Of a stretch of 64,000 nucleotides of DNA, positions 10,302 through 21,380 are shown piece after piece. Under the pieces are notes generated by a model that worked only from the letters and a program-made list of their open reading frames with translations, was not told where the DNA came from and ran no database searches. The DNA lies in the NCBI GenBank assembly GCA_002269645.1, contig NIVC01001992.1, positions 1 through 64,000 of the forward strand. Direction: 5' to 3'. The position numbers were made by a program, and so were the translations under genes. The number at the start of each line of letters is the position of its first letter. Positions within the stretch are counted from its first letter, which is position 1. Origin of the DNA: Macrostomum lignano (lineage: Eukaryota).

Positions 10302-13300
10302 GGCCATCCGCTGCAGCGCCCCGGCCAGCAGCTGCTGGCACTCGGGCCGCAGCACGCTGTCCACAAACTGGTCCAAATCGGTCTCATCAGACATCGCCCC
10401 TAGTACTGGTCTGCTTAGCAGCGATCGAACCGAGTTAATGGCCCGGGGATCGGTGGCGTGCACCCGAGAAAGTTGCCGACCGGCTGCTTGGTCAAGAGCG
10501 TCGGAGTCCTTGGCCAAGATGTCTACTAGGCCGAGAGCCAGGGCTTGGCGCGGCGTGTGCAGCTGGGCGGGCAGGACGGCCCGCTCGCAGGCGTGCGGGC
10601 TGGAGAACCGACTCTCGGCCAGCCGGATCAGCCTGGCCGGATCGGTAATGGATTGTCTTGTGATGGGTTGTCTGGTAATGGATTGTCTGGTGATGGGTTG
10701 TCTGGTGATGGGCTGTCTGGTGATGGGATGTCCGGTAATGGGCTGTCTGGTGATGGACTGTCTGGTAATGGGCTGTCTGGTAATGGGCATTGGCTGTCTA
10801 GTATTGAGGTGCATTATATTACAGATGTACATCTTGTATACTAATTGCATTTAAAGCTTGCACTTACCATTCAGGCGGCGTGATGCCCTGTCAGAGAAAT
10901 TAGAAATGGATGGGATAGATTGCCACATCATCTTTAATAATTAATAAAACGACAATAACATTCTCAAGAGACAAGCCGTACCACTTTGGTAGGAGTGAGT
11001 CCAATTTTAATCTTGTCGCTGTCAAGAGCAATTCGATAGTCACAGGCCAGGGCGAGAGCGCAACCACCGGCTGGCGCGTGGCCCTGAGATCCAGGAGTGA
11101 GATGCGATCTTGGATGTAGATCTATTGCGATCTTGTAGATCTATTGCAATCTTGTAGATCTATTGCGATCTTGTAGATCTATTGCGATCTTGTAGATCTA
11201 TTGCGATCTTGTAGATCTTTTGCGATCTTGTAGATCTATTGCGATCTTGTAGATCTATTGCGATCTTGTAGATCTATTGCAATCTTGTAGATCTATTGCA
11301 ATCTTGTAGATCTATTGCGATCTTGTAGATCTATTGCGATCTTGTAGATCTATTGCGATCTTGTAGATCTATTGCGATCTTGTAGATCTATTGCGATCTT
11401 GTAGATCTATTGCGATCTTGTAGATCTATTGCGATCTTGTAGATCTATTGCGATCTTGTAGATCTATTGCGATCTTGTAGATCTATTGCGATCTTGTAGA
11501 TCTATTGCGATCATGTAGATCTATTGCGATCTTGTAGATCTATTGCGATCATGTAGATCTATTGCGATCTTGTAGATCTATTGCGATCAGTGCTGCAACT
11601 CTATATTGTGAAAAAATTAACGCACAAGGGAAAAAAACGCTTTCTAAAATTATGATTGTTTTTACCCCCCGTCACTAAAAGATGTTTGAACGTAGAATTT
11701 TTAACGCTAAATTCGAATTTTATATTTAATTTTTTTCCTTGATTCCAGATAGGCAACACAACAAACAAAACACACAACACAGTGCAGCAGAATAATGAAC
11801 CGTAAAAAATAGCTGTAATGAATTGACTTTAATAAAAAATTGATTGCTAAAAAGTTGCTTGTACTTAAAGAACAATGTGAAAGTTTATCCGTCATAGACA
11901 GTCAGATCAATTTATTGTACTACATTGTCATGGTCACAGGGCTTCTTGCTGGTGGAAGCTTCTCCATTAGCGTCGGCGATGGATTCTTGGTCCACATTGG
12001 CTTGACTAGAGGACTTGCGCTTCGTAGCTCTGCCTCCATCAAAATCACGTTGGTCTAGCATTTGGCGGTTTTTTTCCACTGCCATTTCGGCTTTCTGGGC
12101 AGCCTCCCGCTCACGCTGCGCTTGCTTTAGGTGCTCAGCGACCTTCTGCAGCGCCAACTCTGCTTCGGTGACCTTTCGATTGGCTTCCTGCCTGAGGTTA
12201 TGAGCAGCCTTCTCTCGCTGGCGAATCTTCGTTGCTTGCTCTAGGCGCTGCATTTCGCGATTTGCTGCCTCAGCATCCTTGGCCGCTTGCACTGCAGCAG
12301 CCGCCTGAGCCTTTTCTGTTGCCTTACGCTTTTTCTTTTCTGCCTGGTGGGCGAAATACTTGGCTCGTGCTTCGATCCCGAGATCAATCAGGTTCCGACT
12401 GATGTTCGCATAGATGCACAGTTGCTGAGTTGAGCAAAGGAAGCTACGAACTCGAAGATGAGCTAGACGAGTGGTGTCAGCCATTGCGTTTCGCTTTGAA
12501 TTATCATCGATGTCACTTGACTTCCCTATAGCACGTTCTGGATCGGCATTGGCGTGGAAGAAGGTCATGACAGCTTGCGCTAACTTAGTCATCAAGGGGA
12601 ACGCTGGCTCGTCGAAGATGTTCTTCTTATTGGCGACCTGACGCCAGAAAAGTGCTGGTGCTGGGTAGCTTTCGACAAGATGCCCTTGAAGATGCAGCTG
12701 CTGAACTTCTTGACGAAGAGAGTCAAGTTCCTTCTGGCGTATTACTGTTGGCAGCTGCTTGGCCAGCGCAACAGCAAGGTCGGGACTCTCTTCGTCAAGC
12801 AGTTTGCCTGGATTGAGAACTTACAGGCGCCGTAGGAATGGAAGTTCAGTTGCTAGGTAGGCAGCAAAGGCTTGATAGAATGCACGAACCTTAAGAAAGA
12901 ATAGTGCGTTTTGAGATTCTCGTCTTCCTGGGTCGCGGAGTAGAATTCGAGTCTCCTCGCCGACTCCCAGCTGGCTGTCATCGACTTGGCCGTTTCTTCG
13001 CTGGGCTTGTTTATTTATAATCATGAAAAAGGATGGGTACGGTGTATATAATAAGAAAAAACGCAGATATTACGCCTGGTGAAAAAATTATCGCATAACG
13101 CAGAGCCAGAGCTAAAAAAACGCAGCTGCGTTAAAAACGCAGGTAGTGGCAGCACTGATTGCGATCTTGTAGATCTATTGCGATCTTGTAGATCTATTGC
13201 AATCTTGTAGATCCATTGCAATCTTGTAGATCTATTGCGATCTTGTAGATCTATTGCGATCTTGTAGATCTAGAATACCTAGTGAATCTAGAATATCTAG

Positions 13301-14412
13301 TAGATCTAGAATAGGATCTGGCTGTCAGTCAAAAGCAGTAGGCTAAAAACTCACAGCAATCTGGGCCACAGTATAGAATGGCGCGGTGTACAGACTGTAA
13401 AACGCCTCCCGGAAAAGCTTGAGAAAGTCTTTCAGCTGATTGCGAGATGCCGGACGGCACAGAGTGTTGAGATCGAAACCCGACGAGAATATTGTTGGCA
13501 GCGACTGGCGTTAGAAAATGCGGTTGCGGCTGGTTTATAACGCAATGGCGTTGCGTACTCTATTGAGTAGCATACATGTAGACAGGAGCTTTAAAGCTAT
13601 GGGCTTAGGGGCTACCCAACAAAGGACAGATAAGGCTAGGGGCTACAAAAAAGGACAGGTGAGGCTAGGGGATACCTGACAGAGGACAGGTGAGGCTAGG
13701 GGCTACAAAAAAGGACAGGTGAGGCTAGGGGATACTAACAGAGGACAGGTTAGGCTAGGGGATACCTAACAGAGGACAGGTGAGGCTAGGGGCTACCCAA
13801 CAAAGGACAGGTGAGGCTAGGGGATACCCAACAAAGGACAGGTGAGGCTAGGGGATACCTAACAGAGGACAGGTGAGGCTAGGGGATACCTAACAGAGGA
13901 CAGGTGAGGCTAGGGGCTACCCAACAAAGGACAGGTGAGGCTAGGGGCTACCCAACAAAGGACAGGTGAGGCTAGGGGATACCTAACAAAGGACAGGTGA
14001 GGCTAGGGGCTACCCAACAAAGGACAGGTGAGGCTAGGGGCTACCCAACAAAGGACAGGTGAGGCTAGGGGCTACCCAACAAAGGACAGGTGACAAAGCT
14101 ACGGGCTACCCTAGTTAGTAGCCCATTACTTACAGATTTAATGACCAGAGATCGAACGTGGCGCCTCTCTCTAAGCTGGTGCATGGCATCAATAAACTGG
14201 AGTAGAAAAGCCTCAGTGAAAGTGTTGGCAGGCGGGCTGCTCATAGTCAGTGTGTATGATGAACTCGATTGCTCAGTGTCCGAAGTTTGACGCTCTTCAA
14301 GTGTCAAAATATTGTCTACCGCAGGCGCTGCAGTGGACAGCAGCCGAAGCGGCTGGCTACGAACAATCGTAGCTAATGCCGCGCTTCGCAGTCTGCTACT
14401 TATAGTAAGCAT
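10299..14412 (-). CDS. Enoyl-CoA delta isomerase 1-like paralog (crotonase fold), 294 aa; exons 14412-14134, 13504-13355, 11083-10982, 10887-10868, 10632-10299
   Basis: Five GT-AG exons join in frame (885 nt). Transit-like N-terminus; motifs IFSSGFDL, IA|GHAPAGGCALALACDYRI, GLTPTKVGITPPEW, ALALGLVD. Shares the AQIx|GH intron position with ECI1. Confidence 0.87.
10645..10795. repeat. 15-nt minisatellite (GGGCTGTCTGGTAAT/GAT), ECI-like intron 4
   Basis: Tandem periodicity. Confidence 0.92.
11103..11587. repeat. 19-nt minisatellite (GATCTATTGCGATCTTGTA), left part, ECI-like intron 2
   Basis: Tandem periodicity; resumes at 13158 after the transposon. Confidence 0.96.
11588..13157 (-). mobile_element. 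hAT-superfamily DNA transposon, internally deleted (1570 bp)
   Basis: TIR CAGTGCTGC(A/C)ACT at both ends. Exact 8-bp TSD ATTGCGAT (11580-11587, 13158-13165). Subterminal AACGC repeats. Transposase C-terminal remnant. Confidence 0.92.
11912..13024 (-). pseudogene. hAT transposase C-terminal remnant (dimerization region plus coiled-coil tail)
   Basis: ORFs 13024-12821 and 12595-11912 are in the same frame, with one TAA at 12823-12821. FWRQV...FPLMTKLAQAVMTFFHANADPERAI resembles the hAT C-terminal dimerization motif (...PxSNAxxERxFS). Confidence 0.8.
13158..13272. repeat. 19-nt minisatellite, right part (same unit as 11103-11587)
   Basis: Same unit resumes after the TSD. Confidence 0.95.
13605..14115. 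repeat. ~31-nt minisatellite (AGGACAGGTGAGGCTAGGGGATACCTAACAG), ECI-like intron 1
   Basis: Tandem periodicity. Confidence 0.95.
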
Positions 14413-14559
14413 GAGAGGCTTTTATCACTGAAATCACATTGTTAATACCGCAAAAATAAGCTGCATGTTAAAAATTACTAAAGAGTTGCTATGGACGTGG
14501 AAGTTGCAATAAAAGCGATGAATATTTTACTGGTCGCTTACTGAAGTTCATAAAGGAGA

Positions 14560-15737
14560 GTACTGCTACATTGAAGGTCATGGGATATGGTAATAGTGGT
14601 ATATTGAAGGTCATGGGATAGGGTAAGTGGTACATTCAAGGTCATGGGATAAGGGGTAAGTGGTACATTGAAGGTCATGGGATAGGGTAAGTGGTACATT
14701 GAAGGTCATGGGATAGGGTAAGTGGTACATTGAAGGCAATAGGATAGGGCAATAGTGGTGCATTAAAGGTCACGGGATAAGATGAGACTAATACATTGAT
14801 GGTCATGTGATAGGATAAGACTGGTACATTGAAGGTCAGGGGATAGGGTAGCAGGGGAACACTGAAGGTCAGGGGATAGGGTAGCAGGGGAACACTGAAG
14901 GTCAGGGGATAGGGTAGCAGGGGAACACTGAAGGGCAGGGGATAGGGTAGCAGGGGAACACTGAAGGTCAGGGGATAGGGTAGCAGGGGAACATTGAAGG
15001 TCAGGGGATAGGGTAGCAGGGGAACACTGAAGGGCAGGGGATAGGGTAGCAGGGGAACACTGAAGGTCAGGGGATAGGGTAGCAGGGGAACACTGAAGGG
15101 CAGGGGATAGGGTAGCAGGGGAACACTGAAGGTCAGGGGATAGGGTAGCAGGGGAACACTGAAGGTCAGGGGATAGGGTAGCAGGGGAACATTGAAGGTC
15201 AGGGGATAGGGTAGCAGGGGAACACTGAAGGTCAGGGAATAGGGTAGCAGGGGAACACTGAAGGGCAGGGGATGGGGTAGCAGGGGAACATTGAAGGTCA
15301 GGGGATAGGGTAGCAGGGGAACACTGAAGGTCAGGGGATAGGGTAGCAGGGGAACACTGAAGGGCAGGGGATAGGGTAGCAGGGGAACACTGAAGGGCAG
15401 GGGATAGGGTAGCAGGGGAACACTGAAGGGCAGGGGATAGGGTAGCAGGGGAACACTGAAGGGCAGGGGATAGGGTAGCAGGGGAACACTGAAGGTCAGG
15501 GGATAGGGTAGCAGGGGAACACTGAAGGGCAGGGGATGGGGTAGCAGGGGAACACTGAAGGGCAGGGGATAGGGTAGCAGGGGAACACTGAAGGGCAGGG
15601 GATAGGGTAGCAGGGGAACACTGAAGGTCAGGGGATGGGGTAGCAGGGGAACACTGAAGGGCAGGGGATGGGGTAGCAGGGGAACACTGAAGGGCAGGGG
15701 ATAGGGTAGCAGGGGAACACTGAAGGGCAGGGGATAC
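14560..15737. repeat. 33-nt G-rich minisatellite (TGAAGGTCAGGGGATAGGGTAGCAGGGGAACAC), ~35 copies, between ARL6IP1 and the ECI-like gene
   Basis: Tandem periodicity; degenerate left end, homogeneous right part. Confidence 0.96.
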
Positions 15738-16002
15738 ATTAATATAATCGCTGAAATTAGGTTGCATCGAAACTTCAATTGCACCAAAAAAATTAAATCA
15801 ACAGAAAAGTTTTTAGTTCCGAAATGAATGAAAAACCATTAAGTACAGATATCAAACAGTGCATGTGTTTTATAGTTATTATTGATATTAGTACGAGCTT
15901 ATATACAAACTAAATATTAACGAAAGCAGGAGGGCACTGAAGCAGCACAGGAAACTTAGAGTCAATGAACGTTGATTCCTAATTTAAGATTGCTAATTTA
16001 AA

Positions 16003-16240
16003 CGGCGATTTTAAAGGCGATTCATAGGGCGATTAATCGCCGATTTTCAGGAGCGATTAATCTGCCATTTTAAAAGGGATTATTAGGGGCGATTATTCAG
16101 CGATTTTATGGGCGATTTTTAGGGGCGATTTATCTGCCATTTTATGAGGGATTCTTAGGCGCGATTAATCTGCTTTTTTTGGGGGGGGGGAGGGCGATTA
16201 ACCGGCGAATATTTAGAGACAGTATACAGCGGCGATTAAG
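16003..16240. repeat. Degenerate GGCGATT-motif array downstream of the ARL6IP1 stop
   Basis: About 11 GCGATT copies with variable spacers. Confidence 0.75.
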
Positions 16241-16375
16241 CATTGTAATAGAAAACAATACCGACTGCAGTAGGTTATTGAGGTTCAATTTTTTAAAGTA
16301 TTGTAAAAAACGGGATACTCAATCAGTTTGCATCACTACTCAGCTTGGATGATTCTCTCAAAAAAACGGTGATGA

Positions 16376-18170
16376 TCATTCGGTTTTGCGGCCGCTTCGC
16401 AGCTTGCCAATGAGCTGGGCCATGGCCCGCTGAGGCAGCCCGGATCGGCGAAGGCCGGGGGCCAATAGCAGAGCTACAACAGCTAGGTAGGCCAGGAATA
16501 GATTGTTAATCCGTTCGCCAATTAGCATCAGGCCTAGTAGGGTGAGCACTGTGACCGCCAGGTACACCTGGGGTCGATCGCGGCGCCATTTAACTAGAGT
16601 TTCGGCGCCGCGCGCCACAACGTCCCAGTAACGGACTAGGCGGGAGCACAGATCGGTGTAGCGCTGCTCGTCAGCCTAGGGAAAGAAAAGTACAAATCAT
16701 TTATTTATATATGGGCGATAATAGTATTGTACATAAACTACTCGTACGCGATACCGTCAATAAGCGGAAATGCCCGTCAGTGAACTTCGACCCAAATAAT
16801 TTATTGGCGGTGAAACTCATCTAAGGTACACATTTCTTGAAGTGTTGGCTCATTTATATTGATTCTTTGCCCTATTTTCTCCAGTCCCTCTGACCTGGCT
16901 CCAGTCGTGACTCAAACCCCCTGACCTCGCTCCAGTCGTGACTCAAACCCCCTGACCTCGCTCCAGTCGTGACCCAAACCCCATGACCTCGCTCCAGTCG
17001 TGACTCAAACCCCCTGACCTGGCTCCAGTCGTGACCCAAACCCCCTGACCTGGCTCCAGTCGTGACTCAAACCCCCTGACCTGGCTCCAGTCGTGACCCA
17101 AACCCCCTGACCTGGCCCTAGTCGTGACCCAAACCCCCTGACCTGGACCCAGTCGTGACCCAAACCCCTGACCTGGCTCCAGTCGTGATCCAAACCCCCT
17201 GACCTGGACCCAGTCGTGACCCAAACCCCCTGACTTGGACCCAGTCGTGACCCAAACCCCTGACCTGGACCCAGTCGTTACCCAAACCCCCTGACCTGGA
17301 CCCAGTCGTGACCCAAACCCCTGACCTGGCTCCAGTCGTTACCCAAACCCCCTGACCTGGACCCAGTCGTGACCCAAACCCCCTGACTTGGACCCAGTCG
17401 TGACCCAAACCCCTGACCTGGACCCAGTCGTTACCCAAACCCCCTGACCTGGACCCAGTCGTGACCCAAACCCCCTGACCTGGACCCAGTCGTGACCCAA
17501 ACCCCCTGACTTGGACCCAGTCGTGACCCAAACCCCTGACCTGGACCCAGTCGTTACCCAAACCCCCTGACCTGGACCCAGTCGTGACCCAAACCCCCTG
17601 ACCTGGCTCCAGTCGTTACCCAAACCCCCTGACCTGGACCCAGTCGTGACCCAAACCCCCTGACTTGGACCCAGTCGTGACCCAAACCCCTGACCTGGAC
17701 CCAGTCGTTACCCAAACCCCCTGACCTGGACCCAGTCGTGACCCAAACCCCCTGACCTGGACCCAGTCGTGACCCAAACCCTTGACCTGGCTCCAGTCAT
17801 TGGGTAGCAGCAGCTGTGAGGCGCATGGCACCAGATAGTCGCAGGCAGCAGCCAGCAGACAGGCCAGAGCAGCCATGGTAATAAGCGGCGGCTGCAGCCA
17901 GGCAATGAGCACAAAGAGCAAGGTTATGCCAGCAAGTAGGGCGCCAAGGGTGGCTGGCTGTTCCCAGTGAAGAGCAGCGTCGAGGCGCACAAGAACTCGG
18001 CGCCAGGCATCAAGAGTTGAGGCTAGCGATTCTGTGCGATTCTGATGAGCAGTCAGAGAAGACTGCGATGACGGCTCCTGTGTCTGCTGCTGATCAGTGG
18101 TGTGCATAGTCTTGCTTAATAAGAGTGCTGCGGGAGTTGTTTCGACGTACCTGGTATTTTTATCAAGCAT
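16376..18170 (-). CDS. ARL6IP1: ARL6IP1-like ER-shaping membrane protein; exons 18170 (or ATG 18107)-17787 and 16675-16376
   Basis: A phase-0 GT-AG join gives ...DAALHWEQP...DYLVP...NDWSQ|ADEQRYTDLCSRLV...QVYLAVTVLTLLGLMLIGERINNLFLAYL...LLAPGL. This matches the ARL6IP1 two-hydrophobic-hairpin layout as I recall it. Start codon uncertain. Confidence 0.78.
16884..17800. repeat. 29-30-nt minisatellite derived from the ARL6IP1 exon 1/donor junction, ~30 copies
   Basis: Sense unit ACGACTGG(GT/AG)CCAG|GTCAGGGGGTTTGGGTC matches the junction ATGACTGGAGCCAG|GTCAAGGGTTTGGGTC. Confidence 0.95.
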
Positions 18171-18453
18171 GTCTTTTTCGATTTTATTGATATAACAGTA
18201 ATTAATGTATACTCGTTTTTAAAGCCTTTAAGTAAAATAAAACTTCTCAATAAAGCCGTTTTAAGCTTCAATTATGGTGTCAGTTTTTTTCAGAAGATCA
18301 AGCTAGCTCGTACCATTTCAGTTGGAATATCCAAAACGTACTGAGGAAAAGTACAACTTGGAACAACATGCTCTTGCGCAATTGTCCTTTGTCTTACTGG
18401 GAAAGGAGATAATTGATGTATAGAATCACTGTGTCTGTTTGGTTCCTCACTTT

Positions 18454-18684
<231 letters not shown>

Positions 18685-19155
18685 CTTTGTACTCTACTTT
18701 TTGCCATCAATCTGTTCTTTTTAGTCTCTGACTCATCTTATTGTACATGTACTCGCCTTGTGTACAGTTTTATGCATTTGTACTCTTTTATTTCTCTCTC
18801 TCTTTTTATTGATGTCCCCTGCCACTATCACCTTTAAATATTGATAGCAACTTGCACAAATAAACTTTACTCTACACACTCTGATGAAGAATTTATCAAA
18901 TTTGAAATATTGACAATAAATTTATTCAATTATCAGTTCTTTTTACCATGTCAGCACCTGAGATTGGAGGTGCCTTCCTCTCTCTCTTCTTTCTCCCTTT
19001 CTCTCTTTTAAGTTATTACACTGATCAAATTGTCAGTTGTACTATACATTTGACAAAACTTTGCTTTGGTATTTTCCTGGGTACATTCAATGCTATTTGG
19101 GTGCACTAATTAATAAGCATGCATAGGGTAATAAGTTGAATTCAAGTCACTAAGC

Positions 19156-19873
19156 CAGGGGTTGGCAAACTTTTCAGTGCAGGCTAGATTAGAAGATTGG
19201 CTAAAGCAAGAAGCCAGAACAAATACACAATAAATTGTGACTATAAATGACTAGTTTAGATTATTTGAGCAATTATAATTAACAACCATAAAACATATAG
19301 TTAAAACTAACATAAGAATAATGGGGTAAAAGCTAATTTTACTTGCAAATTTAAATGTTGAATACAAAATTCATTTGTAGGCCATATTTATATTGTTAAA
19401 TAATAAGAGTGCTACAGATTAGACTTAAGGTTATCACAGGCCAAATCTGGCTTATAGGCCAAAGATTACTAATCTTTGCATTAAGCTAACTAATAATGAT
19501 TATATTATTAGGCCTGGTCACAAGTAAGATATCTTAAACCTTAAGGCAATGGTTGATAACTCTAGCCCATAGGCTAGATCTAGCCTATAATTCTTTTTAA
19601 ATCTAGCCTAGTGTACATTCTACAACACTATCTAACAATATAAAAGTGGATTGCGAATCACTTTTGTGTTGAAATATTCAACTTTATAAGTAAAATTAGC
19701 TTTTATCCAATCATTTCTATTACTTTTAACTGTGGGTTGTTAGGTGTATTTGGTCAAATCATTGGAATTTTTCATTTATAGTTATAATTTGTAATATGTA
19801 TTTTTTCTAGCTCACCACCTTAGCCCAGTCTTCTAATCTGGCCAATACAAAAAAAGCTTTTTGTTAACCTCTG
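19156..19873. mobile_element. Degenerate hAT-like MITE
   Basis: Left end CAGGGGTTGGCAAAC...AGATTAGAAGA. The right end reverse complement reads CAGAGGTTAACAAA...AGATTAGAAGA. No convincing TSD. Confidence 0.4.
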
Positions 19874-20364
19874 CCTCAAGATGTAGACCTATAGATTTAT
19901 TTTAAAAGCTAATTAAGGCCTAATAATGTATTAAAATTTATAGGTTCCTGGATTGAGATTTTTTCTTGCAAATAGACATTAAAAAATTGAATTTAAGTTT
20001 TAAAATGCATACTTTAAGGCTACTTTACTTTGATGGAAATGTTATATTCAGTAGAGGTTGGATGGGATCTTGAAATCTTAGGATCCCAAGGAAAAATGGA
20101 TTCCTGCGGGACTAGAATCCTTGCCCTAAAAAACCCAAGAGTTGGTAACACACATGCCCAACACCTGTCCGACCTGTCCGAACTGGACAGGTGAAATGGC
20201 TGCTGGCCAAGGTAAGTTGCAAAATCAAAAACGCAAAAAACGAAAAATTGGGAGAAAAAAGAGAGGAGAGGAAGAGAAAAGGAAAAGAAAGGAGGGAAGA
20301 GAGAGAAGGGGAAAGAGGAGAAAGAAAGAGAAAAAGGCAAGAAAATTCATTTACAAAGTGAAAT

Positions 20365-20517
20365 TAAGTCGCAATTGGGAGGAACTAAGTTGTAATTGGG
20401 AGGAACTAAGTCGCAATTGAGAGGAACTAAGTCGCAATCGAGAGGAACTAAGTCACAATCGGGAGGAACTAAGTTGCAATTGAGAGGAACTAAGTCGCAA
20501 TCGAGAGGAACTAAGTT
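20365..20517. repeat. 21-nt minisatellite (GAGGAACTAAGTCGCAAT(C/T)G(A/G))
   Basis: About 7 tandem copies. Confidence 0.9.
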
Positions 20518-20639
20518 ATCTTGAATCCCATATTCTAAATCGTCTTAAAATCCTCTGTAAAGCCTTTCAAATACCATATCTTGTTTTCCCTGTTTGCAAA
20601 AACTGACTTCCATTGTCCAGACTCAGACTCTCATGTCTC

Positions 20640-21380
20640 ATCTCTGCACTCTCGCCGTTACTCTCTTCTCCCTCCTCCTCTCTACCTCTTTAGTTATCTT
20701 TTCTCCCTCGTGTTTCGTCTGTACCCTCTCTTGTCTCCTCTCTCCTCTCTTGTCTCCTCTCTTCTCTCTTATTTCTCCCCTCTTCTCTCCTCTCTCATAT
20801 CTCATCTCTACTCACTTATCTATTGTCTCTCCTATACCCTCTCTCTTCTCTTTTTTCTCTCCTCTCTGCTCTTGTTTATCATATCTCGTATACCCTCTCC
20901 TTTCTCATCTCCCATCTTTCTTGCTTCCTTTCTACCATCTCGATTCTATCTTCTCCCCTTTGTCTCTTCTCTTCTCTAATCTCTAATCTCTTCTCTCTCT
21001 TATTTTCTCAATCATATCTTTTCTCATTGCATCTTTCATCTGTCCTCTCTGCACTCTTACCTTTACCCTCTTTCTTTCTCCTCACTACTTTCTTCTCTTA
21101 ACTCTCTCATCTCTGATCTTTCATCTCTCTCCTCTCTTTTATTTCAGCTGTATGCTCTTATCCCTCCTTTCTTCTCTCATCTCTCCTGTCTCCTCTCTGC
21201 TATCTCATAACTCCTCTCTCATCTCCTCTTTCCTCTTCTCTTCTCTCTCCCTCTTCATTCCTACCTTACTCTCCTCTTCTCTCCCATCTGTCATCTCTAA
21301 TCTGTCCTCTCCCATATCTACTCTCTTTTCTATCATCTCTCCTCTTTGTTCACTCTTCTCTATACTTTCTCTTCTCTGAC
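20640..21380. repeat. CT-rich low-complexity tract
   Basis: Degenerate pyrimidine-rich sequence. Confidence 0.85.
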
